This document shows positions 1 to 9,514 of a stretch of 64,000 nt of DNA, one piece after another. The position numbers and the translations under genes are program-made. The notes below the pieces were generated by a model that did no database searches, was not told the origin of the DNA, and saw only the letters and a list, made by a program, of their open reading frames with translations. Positions within the stretch are counted from its first letter, which is position 1; each line of letters begins with the position of its first letter. The stretch covers positions 148,918 through 212,917 of IMG/VR virus record IMGVR_UViG_3300022200_000019. One strand, written 5' to 3'.

Positions 1-2
1 TT

Positions 3-569
3 GACGCTGATGGTGTTTTATTAGATTGGATGTATGCTTTTGATCAATGGATGATCCGTCATGGATTTCAAGTAAAAGATCCAAACGGATATAAAGTAGA
101 CGAGCGTTTTTACATTGAGCATGATAAAGGCAAGATGTATGCCAAGATGTTTAATGAAAGTGCGTGGATTCGCAAACTTCCACCACACAAAGATGCTATT
201 CACTATGTAAAGAAATTACATCAAGAACACGGTTATGTATTCCACGTAATTAGTTCGCTTAGTGATGATGAATATTCTCAGCACCTGCGTACTAAGAACT
301 TGCGTGAATTGTTTGGTGATACTGTGTTTGAAAAGTATGTATATTTGGACACAGGTGCAGACAAGGACAATGCGTTATTGCCGTACAAGGACTCTGGTTG
401 TTATTGGGTAGAAGATAAGCCAGAAAACAGCGAATTAGGCTATAATATGGGGCTAACTCCACTACTTATGGAGCATGACCATAACGCTGATCACGTTAGT
501 GATAACGTGAAGCGTGTACAAAACTGGCGCGAAGTTTACGAAATTATTACCGAGAACGACACGTATTAA
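3..569 (+). CDS. HAD-superfamily 5'(3')-deoxyribonucleotidase-like protein (5'-truncated by window edge)
   Basis: Frame is open from base 3 and reads DADGVLLDW (HAD motif I DxDGV) ahead of the listed ORF; later WVEDKPEN matches the acidic motif IV. Confidence 0.75.
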   Translation, partial: DADGVLLDWMYAFDQWMIRHGFQVKDPNGYKVDERFYIEHDKGKMYAKMFNESAWIRKLPPHKDAIHYVKKLHQEHGYVFHVISSLSDDEYSQHLRTKNLRELFGDTVFEKYVYLDTGADKDNALLPYKDSGCYWVEDKPENSELGYNMGLTPLLMEHDHNADHVSDNVKRVQNWREVYEIITENDTY

Positions 570-1551
570 GGCATATATAGGGTTTGCCTGACATTATATC
601 AGGTAAATCCCACGACTTCTGCAATGTTGTAAACCATTCAACACATTCGCTTAGAGGATATTCCAGTGCATTGTTATTTTTAATCATTGGTTTAATTTGC
701 GAGTTGCCAGGTTGGTGCATAGTTTCCGGGTAAAATCCCGTAAAACAACATGGATATATAGAACCGTCGGCTGCTAGATAAATTTCTTGGTTTTGCATAG
801 ATATACAGTTTAATCTCGACGATTCGTCTATGTCTATTGACATTTTTATCGATGGATCAAACCAAGATAAATGATTGTTCAATAAATCAGTAACTTTAGG
901 TATGCCGCCAGGCCATCCATTAGTTCCTATCCAATATTCAAACTCTCCTTTTCTAGAATACACAGGGGTTTGGTTTCTTCCTTGGTCCCACAGTGTGAAA
1001 TCTGTAAACCCAAGATCTTTTGCTAATGCCTTGCATTCGTTGATCTGATGTTTGTTATGCATAAATGGTATAAATTTCCAAACAGCATTTCCGTTATTGT
1101 TAATAACAGATTTCGCGTTAGCAATAACTTTATTCCAATTCGTGTCTATTCTATAGGTGCTATGGGTATCTTCTAACCCATCCAATGCAAATAATATAGT
1201 GATGCGTCTATTTGCTAATTGTGCCCACCATTCTGGAGTATTAGCACTACCGTTAGTTTCGATTTGTATTTGCGAAGTGCTGTTAGTTAGAAAGTAATCA
1301 ACTATTTTTAGCGCATCCTTGGCGTTAGAAAAGTCGCCAAGGTTACCATTAAAGTTAACATGCCTGATTTGCTTTAAAAAATCAATAGAAAATATTTTCT
1401 GTATATCTTCTAATAAAAGTTCTGTTATCGGGTACCCAGAATTATAAGAATATCCGCGATAATTTCTCATGCACATTGGGCACCTAGCATTGCATCTAGT
1501 GGTTAACTCAATGTGCAGAGAACGTATACTGTTGATATCTAGCATCAACAT
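547..1551 (-). CDS. Radical SAM protein with SPASM/twitch-like C-terminal Cys cluster
   Basis: ELTTRCNARCPMC (CxxxCxxC); C-terminal CISMQ..DGSIYPCCF..C..TC. Confidence 0.85.
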   Translation of the reverse strand: MLMLDINSIRSLHIELTTRCNARCPMCMRNYRGYSYNSGYPITELLLEDIQKIFSIDFLKQIRHVNFNGNLGDFSNAKDALKIVDYFLTNSTSQIQIETNGSANTPEWWAQLANRRITILFALDGLEDTHSTYRIDTNWNKVIANAKSVINNNGNAVWKFIPFMHNKHQINECKALAKDLGFTDFTLWDQGRNQTPVYSRKGEFEYWIGTNGWPGGIPKVTDLLNNHLSWFDPSIKMSIDIDESSRLNCISMQNQEIYLAADGSIYPCCFTGFYPETMHQPGNSQIKPMIKNNNALEYPLSECVEWFTTLQKSWDLPDIMSGKPYICLNTCRSR

Positions 1552-1560
1552 ATTTACATA

Positions 1561-2271
1561 TTAATTCTGGTATAAATTTAAAACTGTGTCAATAATTCTG
1601 TGTCGTTGAATGTCCTTGGTCGATAATTTACAAACAGTGATGCCAGATGTCTGTTCTTGAAGTCTAGCACAAAGATCAATAAGACCATTTTCAGACTTAC
1701 GGCGATCTGTTTGTTCTACGTCACCTGTTACAACAACCTTACTACCTTCACCAATACGTGTTAGTAGCATTTTCATTTGTCCAGGAGTGGCGTTTTGCAT
1801 TTCATCTCCGATAATCCAAGCGTTTTTGAATGTGCGACCTCTCATAAATGCTAGTGGGGCAACTTCCACAATTTGTTCTTCTAACATTCTTGCGATCTCT
1901 TGAGGCGTGTAATATTCACGTAATACGTCTAGTAATGGACGAGTCCAAGGTGCCATTTTTTCCTCAAGGGTACCTGGTAAGAAGCCATGCTGCTCATCTT
2001 CTACGCCTACTGCTGGTCTTGTTAGTACAATACGTTCGCAACGCCCCATTCTAAAACAACGGATTGCCGCTTGCATTGCTAGATATGTTTTGCCTGTACC
2101 TGCTGGGCCATAAGCAATAACAATGTCAGTGCTTGGATCAAGTAATCCTACAATATAGTTCTCTTGATTAAGTGATTTAGGAATTAACTCTGTTTGTCTT
2201 AGCTGTGTTTTTAATGCTGAATTAAAGTTAATAGTATTTTCATCTTTCTTTAAACGTTTGTTTCTAGCCAT
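1561..2271 (-). CDS. phoH: PhoH-family ATPase
   Basis: GPAGTGKT Walker A, LTRPAV, GFLPG, PLAFMRGRTF, DEMQNAT, VTGDVEQTD; SD AGGAAGGAG upstream. Confidence 0.95.
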   Translation of the reverse strand: MARNKRLKKDENTINFNSALKTQLRQTELIPKSLNQENYIVGLLDPSTDIVIAYGPAGTGKTYLAMQAAIRCFRMGRCERIVLTRPAVGVEDEQHGFLPGTLEEKMAPWTRPLLDVLREYYTPQEIARMLEEQIVEVAPLAFMRGRTFKNAWIIGDEMQNATPGQMKMLLTRIGEGSKVVVTGDVEQTDRRKSENGLIDLCARLQEQTSGITVCKLSTKDIQRHRIIDTVLNLYQN

Positions 2272-2431
2272 ATATCTCCTTCCTGACTTAATTTTATTTA
2301 AGGCCGCAATCAGATCAATATTACAGCTCAGTTATTGAAAATATTTTCGAGCTAAATAAATTTTTTGCACCCCTGAAAAACTTAAAATCACAAAATATAT
2401 TCCCAGTCCTGTATCGCGCATACATAGTGTT

Positions 2432-3031
2432 ATGAACTTACCCAAACGTTTATTCTTTACAGGCGTACCAGGTTCTCGGTGGAGCGGCATTGCGCAGGTG
2501 CTAGAAGCACTACCAGGATTTAATACCACAGATCGCACACCAGAACGAACATACGAACACCATGCATACACAGGGCATGTGGGTGCATATTTTGGGCGTG
2601 GCATGGAATTCCCAGCTGAGCTGGATTTAGATACAATTGATAGTGCATGGACCGATCCAGCAGCTGGTACACAGATTGTTAAAAGTCATGACTGGGCGTA
2701 TAAACTCAATGAAATACGAGCTGTTGCTAAAGAAAACGGAGATTGGATAATGCTTGTTTACCGTCCCGATTTAGCGAGTCAAGCATGGTGGCACGAGGCC
2801 GGTGGATTCCAAATTAAATATCCAAACTACGGTGTATACCGAGACCATGCAGGAATGCTTGCAGAGATTGTAGCACAAAACAAGGCTATACTAAAATTTG
2901 GCCGGGACGTTCTTGCTCGTTGGGATTATTTTGATGCGTCTTGGATTGCTGCAAAGTTTGGCATTCCGATTAATGATATTCCAGACATAACACCCTGGGA
3001 TGACATACTCGTATCGGTGATAAAAATATGA
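2432..3031 (+). CDS. P-loop / sulfotransferase-like protein
   Basis: N-terminal FFTGVPGSRWSG loop plus IVKSH and MLVYRP motifs typical of sulfotransferase-fold proteins. Confidence 0.45.
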   Translation: MNLPKRLFFTGVPGSRWSGIAQVLEALPGFNTTDRTPERTYEHHAYTGHVGAYFGRGMEFPAELDLDTIDSAWTDPAAGTQIVKSHDWAYKLNEIRAVAKENGDWIMLVYRPDLASQAWWHEAGGFQIKYPNYGVYRDHAGMLAEIVAQNKAILKFGRDVLARWDYFDASWIAAKFGIPINDIPDITPWDDILVSVIKI

Positions 3032-4278
3032 AAAATATATTAATAGTTGGAGATAGCTTTGCGGCCGACTGGACAGTAAAATATAAAGATCATTATTTAG
3101 GATGGCCAAATTTGCTAGCAACTGACTTTAACGTAACTAATTTGGCGCAAGCCGGATGCGGGGAATATAAAATTTGGTTGCAATTAACAAGTATTGATAT
3201 TAAAGATTATGACTTCATTATTGTTAGTCATACTAGTCCATCTAGAATATATGTTAAAAACCATCCAATACACAACACTGATACATTGCACAAGAACAGC
3301 GATTTAATTTACAATGATATTGTTAATCATTCAAAAAAACACAAAGAATTAAATGTTATAGTTAAATTTTTTGAAGAATATTTTGATTTGGATCAATCTG
3401 AATTTGTGCATAAATTAATACAACAACAAATTATTGACTATATAAAAGAAAAAACAGATGCGACAATTATAGAATTGTCGCATATCAAAGGAAATATTAT
3501 ACCTAATGCACGAGACACAATACAAGCTGAATTTTTATATCATGAAAAGCGGGCTGGGTTAATTAACCATTATACGCCCGACGACAACAAAAAAGTATTT
3601 AATATACTAAAAAGCATAATTAATGAGCCGATATTACGTAATATCTCAGCTTTCAAATTTTCATTTCGTAAATCTGCATTTGAAGGATCTGATGACAAGT
3701 TAATATTGTATGAATATAACTCTCGTGGATTTCGAGATGCAGAATGGCCAAAATCAATCAACGAACTTAAAAAATGTATATGGTGTTTTGGCGATAGCCA
3801 AACAGTCGGTGTCGGTGATGCCTATGAAAATACCTGGCCTAAATTGTTAGAAAAAAAAATTAATAAACGTTGTATTAACGTTAGCATGGTTGATGCTAGC
3901 AACGATTGGATTTTCGATAGAGTTAAAATGATCATTGATGTTATAAAACCAAAATTTATTGTAATACAATGGTCTTTTCTGCATCGGTATGAAGAAAATG
4001 CCGAGCAAAAACACTTTTGTGCCAATGAAATACTCGAGGATGATCTACGTTTAATTGACAAATTTGAAAAACAATATGACATTATTGAACAACTAGCAAA
4101 GAAGAATAATGTTAAAATTATACATTCGTCGGTTCCGAACGATATATTAAATAACTGTCTTGAAATAATTGTAGAAGACTTTGCTCGCGATAGTTGTCAC
4201 TATGGCGTTAAAACAGCAAATACATACACAGACAATGTTATTAAAAAAATAAAAGAATATGAACAGAAAGATTTTTAA
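3028..4278 (+). CDS. Tandem SGNH/GDSL-like hydrolase (two domains)
   Basis: IVGDSFAAD..NLAQAGCG at the N-terminus; second WCFGDSQTVG..NVSMVDASND block; distal DxxHY; AT-rich. Confidence 0.55.
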   Translation: MKNILIVGDSFAADWTVKYKDHYLGWPNLLATDFNVTNLAQAGCGEYKIWLQLTSIDIKDYDFIIVSHTSPSRIYVKNHPIHNTDTLHKNSDLIYNDIVNHSKKHKELNVIVKFFEEYFDLDQSEFVHKLIQQQIIDYIKEKTDATIIELSHIKGNIIPNARDTIQAEFLYHEKRAGLINHYTPDDNKKVFNILKSIINEPILRNISAFKFSFRKSAFEGSDDKLILYEYNSRGFRDAEWPKSINELKKCIWCFGDSQTVGVGDAYENTWPKLLEKKINKRCINVSMVDASNDWIFDRVKMIIDVIKPKFIVIQWSFLHRYEENAEQKHFCANEILEDDLRLIDKFEKQYDIIEQLAKKNNVKIIHSSVPNDILNNCLEIIVEDFARDSCHYGVKTANTYTDNVIKKIKEYEQKDF

Positions 4279-4966
4279 TAAACTCTTAGAAATAGTTAAG
4301 ACAAGTCCGCAACTGCTGCTTGATAACCATTTATTAGGACAGGCCATTGCTGGGGAATTCAACGTTAAATTGGATGTTGTTAACATCGACATTATTAAAT
4401 TGGTTAACCAAATTGAAGAAGCTGTATTAGAACAATACTTCTCAAGGACATGGCAGCCCGAAACTAAAAAGTACAAGTATAGCGGACTAGCTATCATTGA
4501 TCAAGTAAACTCGCTGAATCCAGATGCAGTACTTGACGCTGGCTGTGGATATAACGAGTTTAAAGGGAAGATTCAAAATTTAACAGGCATCGATCCGTAT
4601 AATGATCGTGCTGACATTAACGCACATATTTTAGACTACAAAACTGATGTAGAATACGATGTTGTTATTTGTTTAGGTAGTATCAACTTCGGCACAGCTG
4701 ATAAGATTTTTCAAGAAGTGCAGAAAGTGGTTAAATTAACTAAACCAGGCGGCTTAATTATCTTTCGCGTAAATCCTGGTATTCAACACGTTGCTAGAGA
4801 AAGTAAATGGATTGATTTTTTTGAGTGGGACATACCGTTCATTTTGAACGTAGCATATGCATTAAATTGTTCGGTAAAAGAATTACACACAGATACATCA
4901 CAAGATAAAAATCAGACATTGCTCAATGGCGAACGTTTATATTTTGTACTAGAAAAACAGCACTAA
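4259..4966 (+). CDS. Class I SAM-dependent methyltransferase
   Basis: VLDAGCG motif I, GIDP, YDVVICLGSI, TKPGGLIIF. Confidence 0.8.
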   Translation: MNRKIFNKLLEIVKTSPQLLLDNHLLGQAIAGEFNVKLDVVNIDIIKLVNQIEEAVLEQYFSRTWQPETKKYKYSGLAIIDQVNSLNPDAVLDAGCGYNEFKGKIQNLTGIDPYNDRADINAHILDYKTDVEYDVVICLGSINFGTADKIFQEVQKVVKLTKPGGLIIFRVNPGIQHVARESKWIDFFEWDIPFILNVAYALNCSVKELHTDTSQDKNQTLLNGERLYFVLEKQH

Positions 4967-4991
4967 ATACCTCAAAACAACGAGTGTTGTT
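4963..4991 (+). promoter_or_regulatory. Late-type TAAATA element followed by hairpin AACAAC-GAGT-GTTGTT
   Basis: CTAAATAC at 4963-4970; 16-mer at 4976-4991 is identical to 8104-8119. Confidence 0.5.
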
Positions 4992-5059
4992 TGTTTCTTT
5001 GAATAAAAATTGCTGATAGCGATTGCTCTATGTATTAACATATGTCATAATAGGAAATC

Positions 5060-6517
5060 ATGTCACCTGATCATATCCTTTGGTTAATAGCTGGTATTAT
5101 TTACGGACTGGTAGTAGGTATTATTCCTGTTGCTGGCGCAACAACCGGCTTGATTACAGTATTTTCATTTATTGGTATCTTTCAATACGGCGATCCTTAT
5201 GCCGGGGTAGTATTCACTACAGCGTTAGTCGCAGCAAGTGCCATTGGCGATTCGTTCGCCAGCGTAGTAATGAATATCCCAGGTGCCAATGGTAGTGCCG
5301 CTACAATGATTGATGGATTTCCACTAGCACGTAAAGGTAAAGGAGCATATGCTCTATCCTCTGCAATTACTACGAGCACAATTAACGGCTTATTATGGGG
5401 AGTAATAGTATTTTATATGCTGCCATATTACGGAAGTCTAATGATGATACTAGGAGTTCCGGAAATATTTGGGTTAATGATATTGGCATTAACGTGCATT
5501 GTATTCCTAAACAATCAGTATTGGGTGCGTGGTATAATTGCTATTGCATTGGGTATATTCTTAGGCTTAGTGGGAACAGACCCAGATACAAATGCAGCAC
5601 GTTGGACAGGTGGCTGGTTCTATTTAGAAGATGGCATTCAAATAATGGCGCTACTATCTGGACTGTTAGCATTTCCTGAACTAATTGAAGGATTACGCAA
5701 TCATGGTAAACCAACCCCGCTTACCTCAAGAACACAATGGGGGCAAGTATGGGATGGTATTAAGGACAGTTGGCGCTATCGCTGGTTAGGCTTTAGAGGC
5801 GGTGTAGTTGGTGCTATTGTAGGCGCACTTCCTGGTTTAGGCGGCAATATTGCTGACTGGATGGCTTACGCACAAACAACAGCTACTTGTAAAAATGAAA
5901 AAATTCCGTTTGGTCAAGGAAATATTAAAGGTGTTATTGGTTGTGAGGGTGCCAACAATGCACATAAAGCAACCGCATATTTGCCGACTGTTTTGTTTGG
6001 TATTCCCGGTGCTCCGTTTGCCGCCGTAGTACTGGGACTGTTTTCATATCTCGGTTTTGAACTAGGTTCTATTAGCCTATTAGATGACAAACAATTTTTT
6101 GAAAGTCTTACTGCCGGTTATATGTGGGCATTGGTACTCACTTTCCCTGTTGCATTATTAACTATACGTTGGTTAACAATGATGACTCAATTACCGTTTA
6201 AGTATTTCTTTTGGCCTATTCTAGCAACTATTGTTTGGGCAAGCGTACAATACACAGGTGGGTGGGAAGATTATGCTGTATTAGTTATTTTTACGATATT
6301 AGGTTTATTCTTACGCAAATACAAGTTTAGTCGTCCGGCTCTTGTTATTGGCTTTATTTTATCCGACAAAATCGAAGCACTATATAAACAAGTGAGTGTT
6401 CTTTATACGCCAGAACAGTTGATCTCTCGTCCAGGATTTGTTATAATACTCGTGTTAACTGTGATTGCACTAGTATATGGACTGTTCTTTCACAAAAACA
6501 AAATTGAATTCACTTAA
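5060..6517 (+). CDS. tctA: Tripartite tricarboxylate transporter large permease TctA
   Basis: Polytopic 485 aa; IPGANGSAATMIDGFPLARKG, ALPGLGG, GVIGCEGANNA, LFGIPG, SRPALVIGFIL signatures. Confidence 0.9.
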   Translation: MSPDHILWLIAGIIYGLVVGIIPVAGATTGLITVFSFIGIFQYGDPYAGVVFTTALVAASAIGDSFASVVMNIPGANGSAATMIDGFPLARKGKGAYALSSAITTSTINGLLWGVIVFYMLPYYGSLMMILGVPEIFGLMILALTCIVFLNNQYWVRGIIAIALGIFLGLVGTDPDTNAARWTGGWFYLEDGIQIMALLSGLLAFPELIEGLRNHGKPTPLTSRTQWGQVWDGIKDSWRYRWLGFRGGVVGAIVGALPGLGGNIADWMAYAQTTATCKNEKIPFGQGNIKGVIGCEGANNAHKATAYLPTVLFGIPGAPFAAVVLGLFSYLGFELGSISLLDDKQFFESLTAGYMWALVLTFPVALLTIRWLTMMTQLPFKYFFWPILATIVWASVQYTGGWEDYAVLVIFTILGLFLRKYKFSRPALVIGFILSDKIEALYKQVSVLYTPEQLISRPGFVIILVLTVIALVYGLFFHKNKIEFT

Positions 6518-6526
6518 GGAGAAACT

Positions 6527-7696
6527 ATGAAAAAGTGGTTGGCCGCAATGGCTATGTTTGTCGCGTTACCTGCGAGCGCAACATATACAATGATTATTCC
6601 GCAGGAAGCAGGCGGCGGTACTAGTGTATGGGCTAGTATTATTGCTAAACATCTCGAAAAGCATCTAGGTGAAGAGATTGTATTACAGCACATTCCGGGT
6701 GCTCGCGATATTCCAGCATTTAACAAATTTCACAATGAACTACAGAACGATGACAAAACTATTATGGTAAGTCATGGTGGCAATGCTGAAAGTTACCTCA
6801 TTGAGGAAGTTGATTACAACTACAAGGAATATGAGCCTATTGGCGGTATGAATCTGTCAATTGTAACTGCTGGTCGCACAGGCACTGATCCAACCAAGGA
6901 TCCAATCCGCTTTAGTTCTGGTTCAGGAAATAACCCGGATGTAATGGCATTTACATTGCTTGCGTGCGGTGAGTTGCCTACAATTGATGATTATGTTGCG
7001 TGTTTTAAAGATAAAGTTACATTTGTTAAGGGCATGAAATCTGGTGATCGTCGTCTTGCATTTATGCGTGGTGAACTAAATGCTACTCGCGAATCAACCG
7101 CTGCGTTTATTAAGCACGTCCAGCCATTGATTGATAAAGGCGAAGCAGAACTTTGGTTCAGTCACGGTGTACTTGATCTTGAAACTGGCTTAGTTATGCC
7201 CGACGACAACTATTCCGTTGGTAGTTTTGATCAATACTATTTCCAGAAGTACAGTAAAAACCCAAGTGGTCCGTTGTACGATGCATACATCCTTGTAAAG
7301 CAGTATCGCGATGCACTACAGAAAGCACTATGGATGCGTAAAGGTAACCCAAATGCGCCAGCAGTTAAGGCTGCACTTGTAGCAATGCTTGCTGATCCAG
7401 AAGCACAGGCTGCTATTGAAAAGAAAGCAGGTAAGTATGGCTGGAATGTTGGCCCAGATTTGCTCAAAGCTGTAGACATTCTAAGTAACTTAACCAAGCG
7501 TCAAGCACTACAGGATCTTGTTCAATTCCAAGCTGAGGCACTTGGTGTTAAGGCTGTGTACAAAGCAGACATCACTGTGGATGCCAACGCTGCTGAACGT
7601 ATGGTGAACAATACCTCACGCAGATTAGACCAAGCAGAAGAATCCTCTCTTAGTGCAACTGATCGTGCAATTAAATGGGTTAAAGACTTGTTCTAA
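6527..7696 (+). CDS. tctC: Tripartite tricarboxylate transporter periplasmic binding protein (TctC/Bug family)
   Basis: Signal peptide ending ASA; IIPQEAGGGT..IAKHLEKHLG..IPGA; directly downstream of tctA with AGGAG SD. Confidence 0.75.
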   Translation: MKKWLAAMAMFVALPASATYTMIIPQEAGGGTSVWASIIAKHLEKHLGEEIVLQHIPGARDIPAFNKFHNELQNDDKTIMVSHGGNAESYLIEEVDYNYKEYEPIGGMNLSIVTAGRTGTDPTKDPIRFSSGSGNNPDVMAFTLLACGELPTIDDYVACFKDKVTFVKGMKSGDRRLAFMRGELNATRESTAAFIKHVQPLIDKGEAELWFSHGVLDLETGLVMPDDNYSVGSFDQYYFQKYSKNPSGPLYDAYILVKQYRDALQKALWMRKGNPNAPAVKAALVAMLADPEAQAAIEKKAGKYGWNVGPDLLKAVDILSNLTKRQALQDLVQFQAEALGVKAVYKADITVDANAAERMVNNTSRRLDQAEESSLSATDRAIKWVKDLF

Positions 7697-8053
7697 ATGG
7701 AATTGCTACTAACAAACGCAATTTATGTATCATATCGTTTGTTAGTTAGCGGGCCAATAGTTCGTACATTAAACAGGTATCTTACGTATTACTTGGCTGT
7801 GTTTGTAATGGCACAGTTAAGTTTTGCGTATGATACCTTCGTCTTTGGATACTATTTTAATGCTCAGGAATTACCCCACATATTAGATTACTTGTATTCT
7901 GATTTATTGTACACGTTACGAGTTATTGCTGCTTGGTGGGTAATTAAGCAATTATGGAATTGGATTGGCAACTATTGGATAGCGGTATTCTTAGGTGCTG
8001 AATTAACTTTTGTAACAGACTATTTCATTTTTAAAGATTTATTTGTAGGCTAA
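7697..8053 (+). CDS. Small multi-pass membrane protein (possible TctB equivalent)
   Basis: 118 aa with about 4 hydrophobic segments, abutting tctC; role inferred from position only. Confidence 0.4.
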   Translation: MELLLTNAIYVSYRLLVSGPIVRTLNRYLTYYLAVFVMAQLSFAYDTFVFGYYFNAQELPHILDYLYSDLLYTLRVIAAWWVIKQLWNWIGNYWIAVFLGAELTFVTDYFIFKDLFVG

Positions 8054-8136
8054 ATACATTTGGTATCGCAAGATACTATCCATTTTGTGTTTGAATTATT
8101 TACAACAACGAGTGTTGTTGGTCTTTAGAGTTAAAG
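8050..8136 (+). promoter_or_regulatory. Structured 5' leader: TAAATA element, GCAA-tetraloop hairpin and two GAGT-loop hairpins
   Basis: TGGTATC-GCAA-GATACTA 8061-8078; CAACAAC-GAGT-GTTGTTG 8103-8120; CTTTA-GAGT-TAAAG 8123-8136. Confidence 0.5.
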
Positions 8137-8187
8137 TCTTTTAAATAAGACAAACATTCACATTTTAAACATAAAGAGGATATTCAA

Positions 8188-8871
8188 ATGTCATTTAACG
8201 CAAAAGCCTACGTGGCACAAGTTAAGGCGGATAATGCAGAACTATTTGCTGCTAGCCGTGAAAACGCAAAAAACTACTTCACTAGCAACCCTTCAAAAGA
8301 AGAATTAGTAGATCACTTCGTTGGTCGTATGGTTAATGAGCGTATGAACATGGTTGAAATTTCAAACCGTGTTGCTTCTATGCCAGCCGATACTAGCCCA
8401 GAAGAATTAGAAATGCTATCAAAGCAAGCCTTTGACGAAGCAGTTCACTTCAAGCTAGTTAAAGAAGTTATCGAACACATTGCCGGTGGTGAAATCAATG
8501 TTGCTGAAAAGATTGAATCGGCAGCAGGCGCAGAAGTTGCAGAAGGTAACTACGCTAAGGGTGCTACCCTACTAGCTAAGTACGAAGCATCTACTGATCC
8601 AGTTTCACTAGCACTATATCAGCTAATTGCTGAAGGCCGTGCTGAGCAAGTTTGGGACGAAATGGCTAACTGCATCGAAGATACATACGTATCTAGCCGT
8701 TATGCAAAGATCGCTCGTGACGAAGGTTTCCACAGCAACATCGGTGCTTGGAAGCTAGAAAAAATGCTAGAAGCTAACCCAGCTCTAGTTGCCCGTGTTG
8801 AAGAATTAGCACCACAAATGCGTGCTGACCTAATGCACATCAGCAACGAGAATACTGCTCTAGCAGCATAA
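8188..8871 (+). CDS. Ferritin-like (four-helix diiron) protein
   Basis: Paired ligand pattern E..(NERMN)..DEAVH..EGRAE..DEGFH; GAGG SD. Confidence 0.75.
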   Translation: MSFNAKAYVAQVKADNAELFAASRENAKNYFTSNPSKEELVDHFVGRMVNERMNMVEISNRVASMPADTSPEELEMLSKQAFDEAVHFKLVKEVIEHIAGGEINVAEKIESAAGAEVAEGNYAKGATLLAKYEASTDPVSLALYQLIAEGRAEQVWDEMANCIEDTYVSSRYAKIARDEGFHSNIGAWKLEKMLEANPALVARVEELAPQMRADLMHISNENTALAA

Positions 8872-9410
8872 TGAATATTGGACTCACTCAACGAGTCTTA
8901 GTTCATAACCAACAAGCGTATGACTCAATAGATCAAGCGTGGTATCGCTACCTAGAGGGTCATACGCTTTCTTTTATTCCTAATAGAACAGATCAAGACT
9001 TTAAGCAATTAGCAGACACACTAGACTGTCTTATAATTACCGGCGGCGACGATAGTCCACTGCGACGTATAACCGAATTAAAAATAGCAACAGAAATGAT
9101 GAAACAGCAAAAACCTATATTAGGCGTTTGTCATGGAGCATTTTTGTTACAAGATGTGTTAGGCGGAAAAATCAAATCTGTCAATGGCCATTATGATACA
9201 GAGCATACAGTATATTATAACAATCAAGAATTTACAGTTAACAGTTACCATACATTGAGCATTGAATCAGCACATGGAAAAACACTAGTTGTCGATTCCA
9301 ATAATAATGCCGAAGCATGGATAGATGGCAATATTGCTGGTATTGTATGGCATCCTGAACGTATGGAACAACCTTGGCTACCAAATGAAATTTTTAAATT
9401 AATATTTTAA
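8871..9410 (+). CDS. Class I glutamine amidotransferase-like (PuuD/peptidase C26 type)
   Basis: LIITGGDD, ILGVCHG (catalytic Cys), WHPE (His-Glu). Confidence 0.85.
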   Translation: MNIGLTQRVLVHNQQAYDSIDQAWYRYLEGHTLSFIPNRTDQDFKQLADTLDCLIITGGDDSPLRRITELKIATEMMKQQKPILGVCHGAFLLQDVLGGKIKSVNGHYDTEHTVYYNNQEFTVNSYHTLSIESAHGKTLVVDSNNNAEAWIDGNIAGIVWHPERMEQPWLPNEIFKLIF

Positions 9411-9419
9411 CATCCCGTC

Positions 9420-9448
9420 TTGACGCATGATATATACTAATGTATAAT
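9420..9448 (+). promoter_or_regulatory. sigma70 promoter of amtB
   Basis: TTGACG-N17-TATAAT. Confidence 0.8.
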
Positions 9449-9514
9449 GACAATCATAAGTGAGTTATTATACACTTATAAACGTAAGACAATTTAATAT
9501 TAAGGAGTTTTTAT

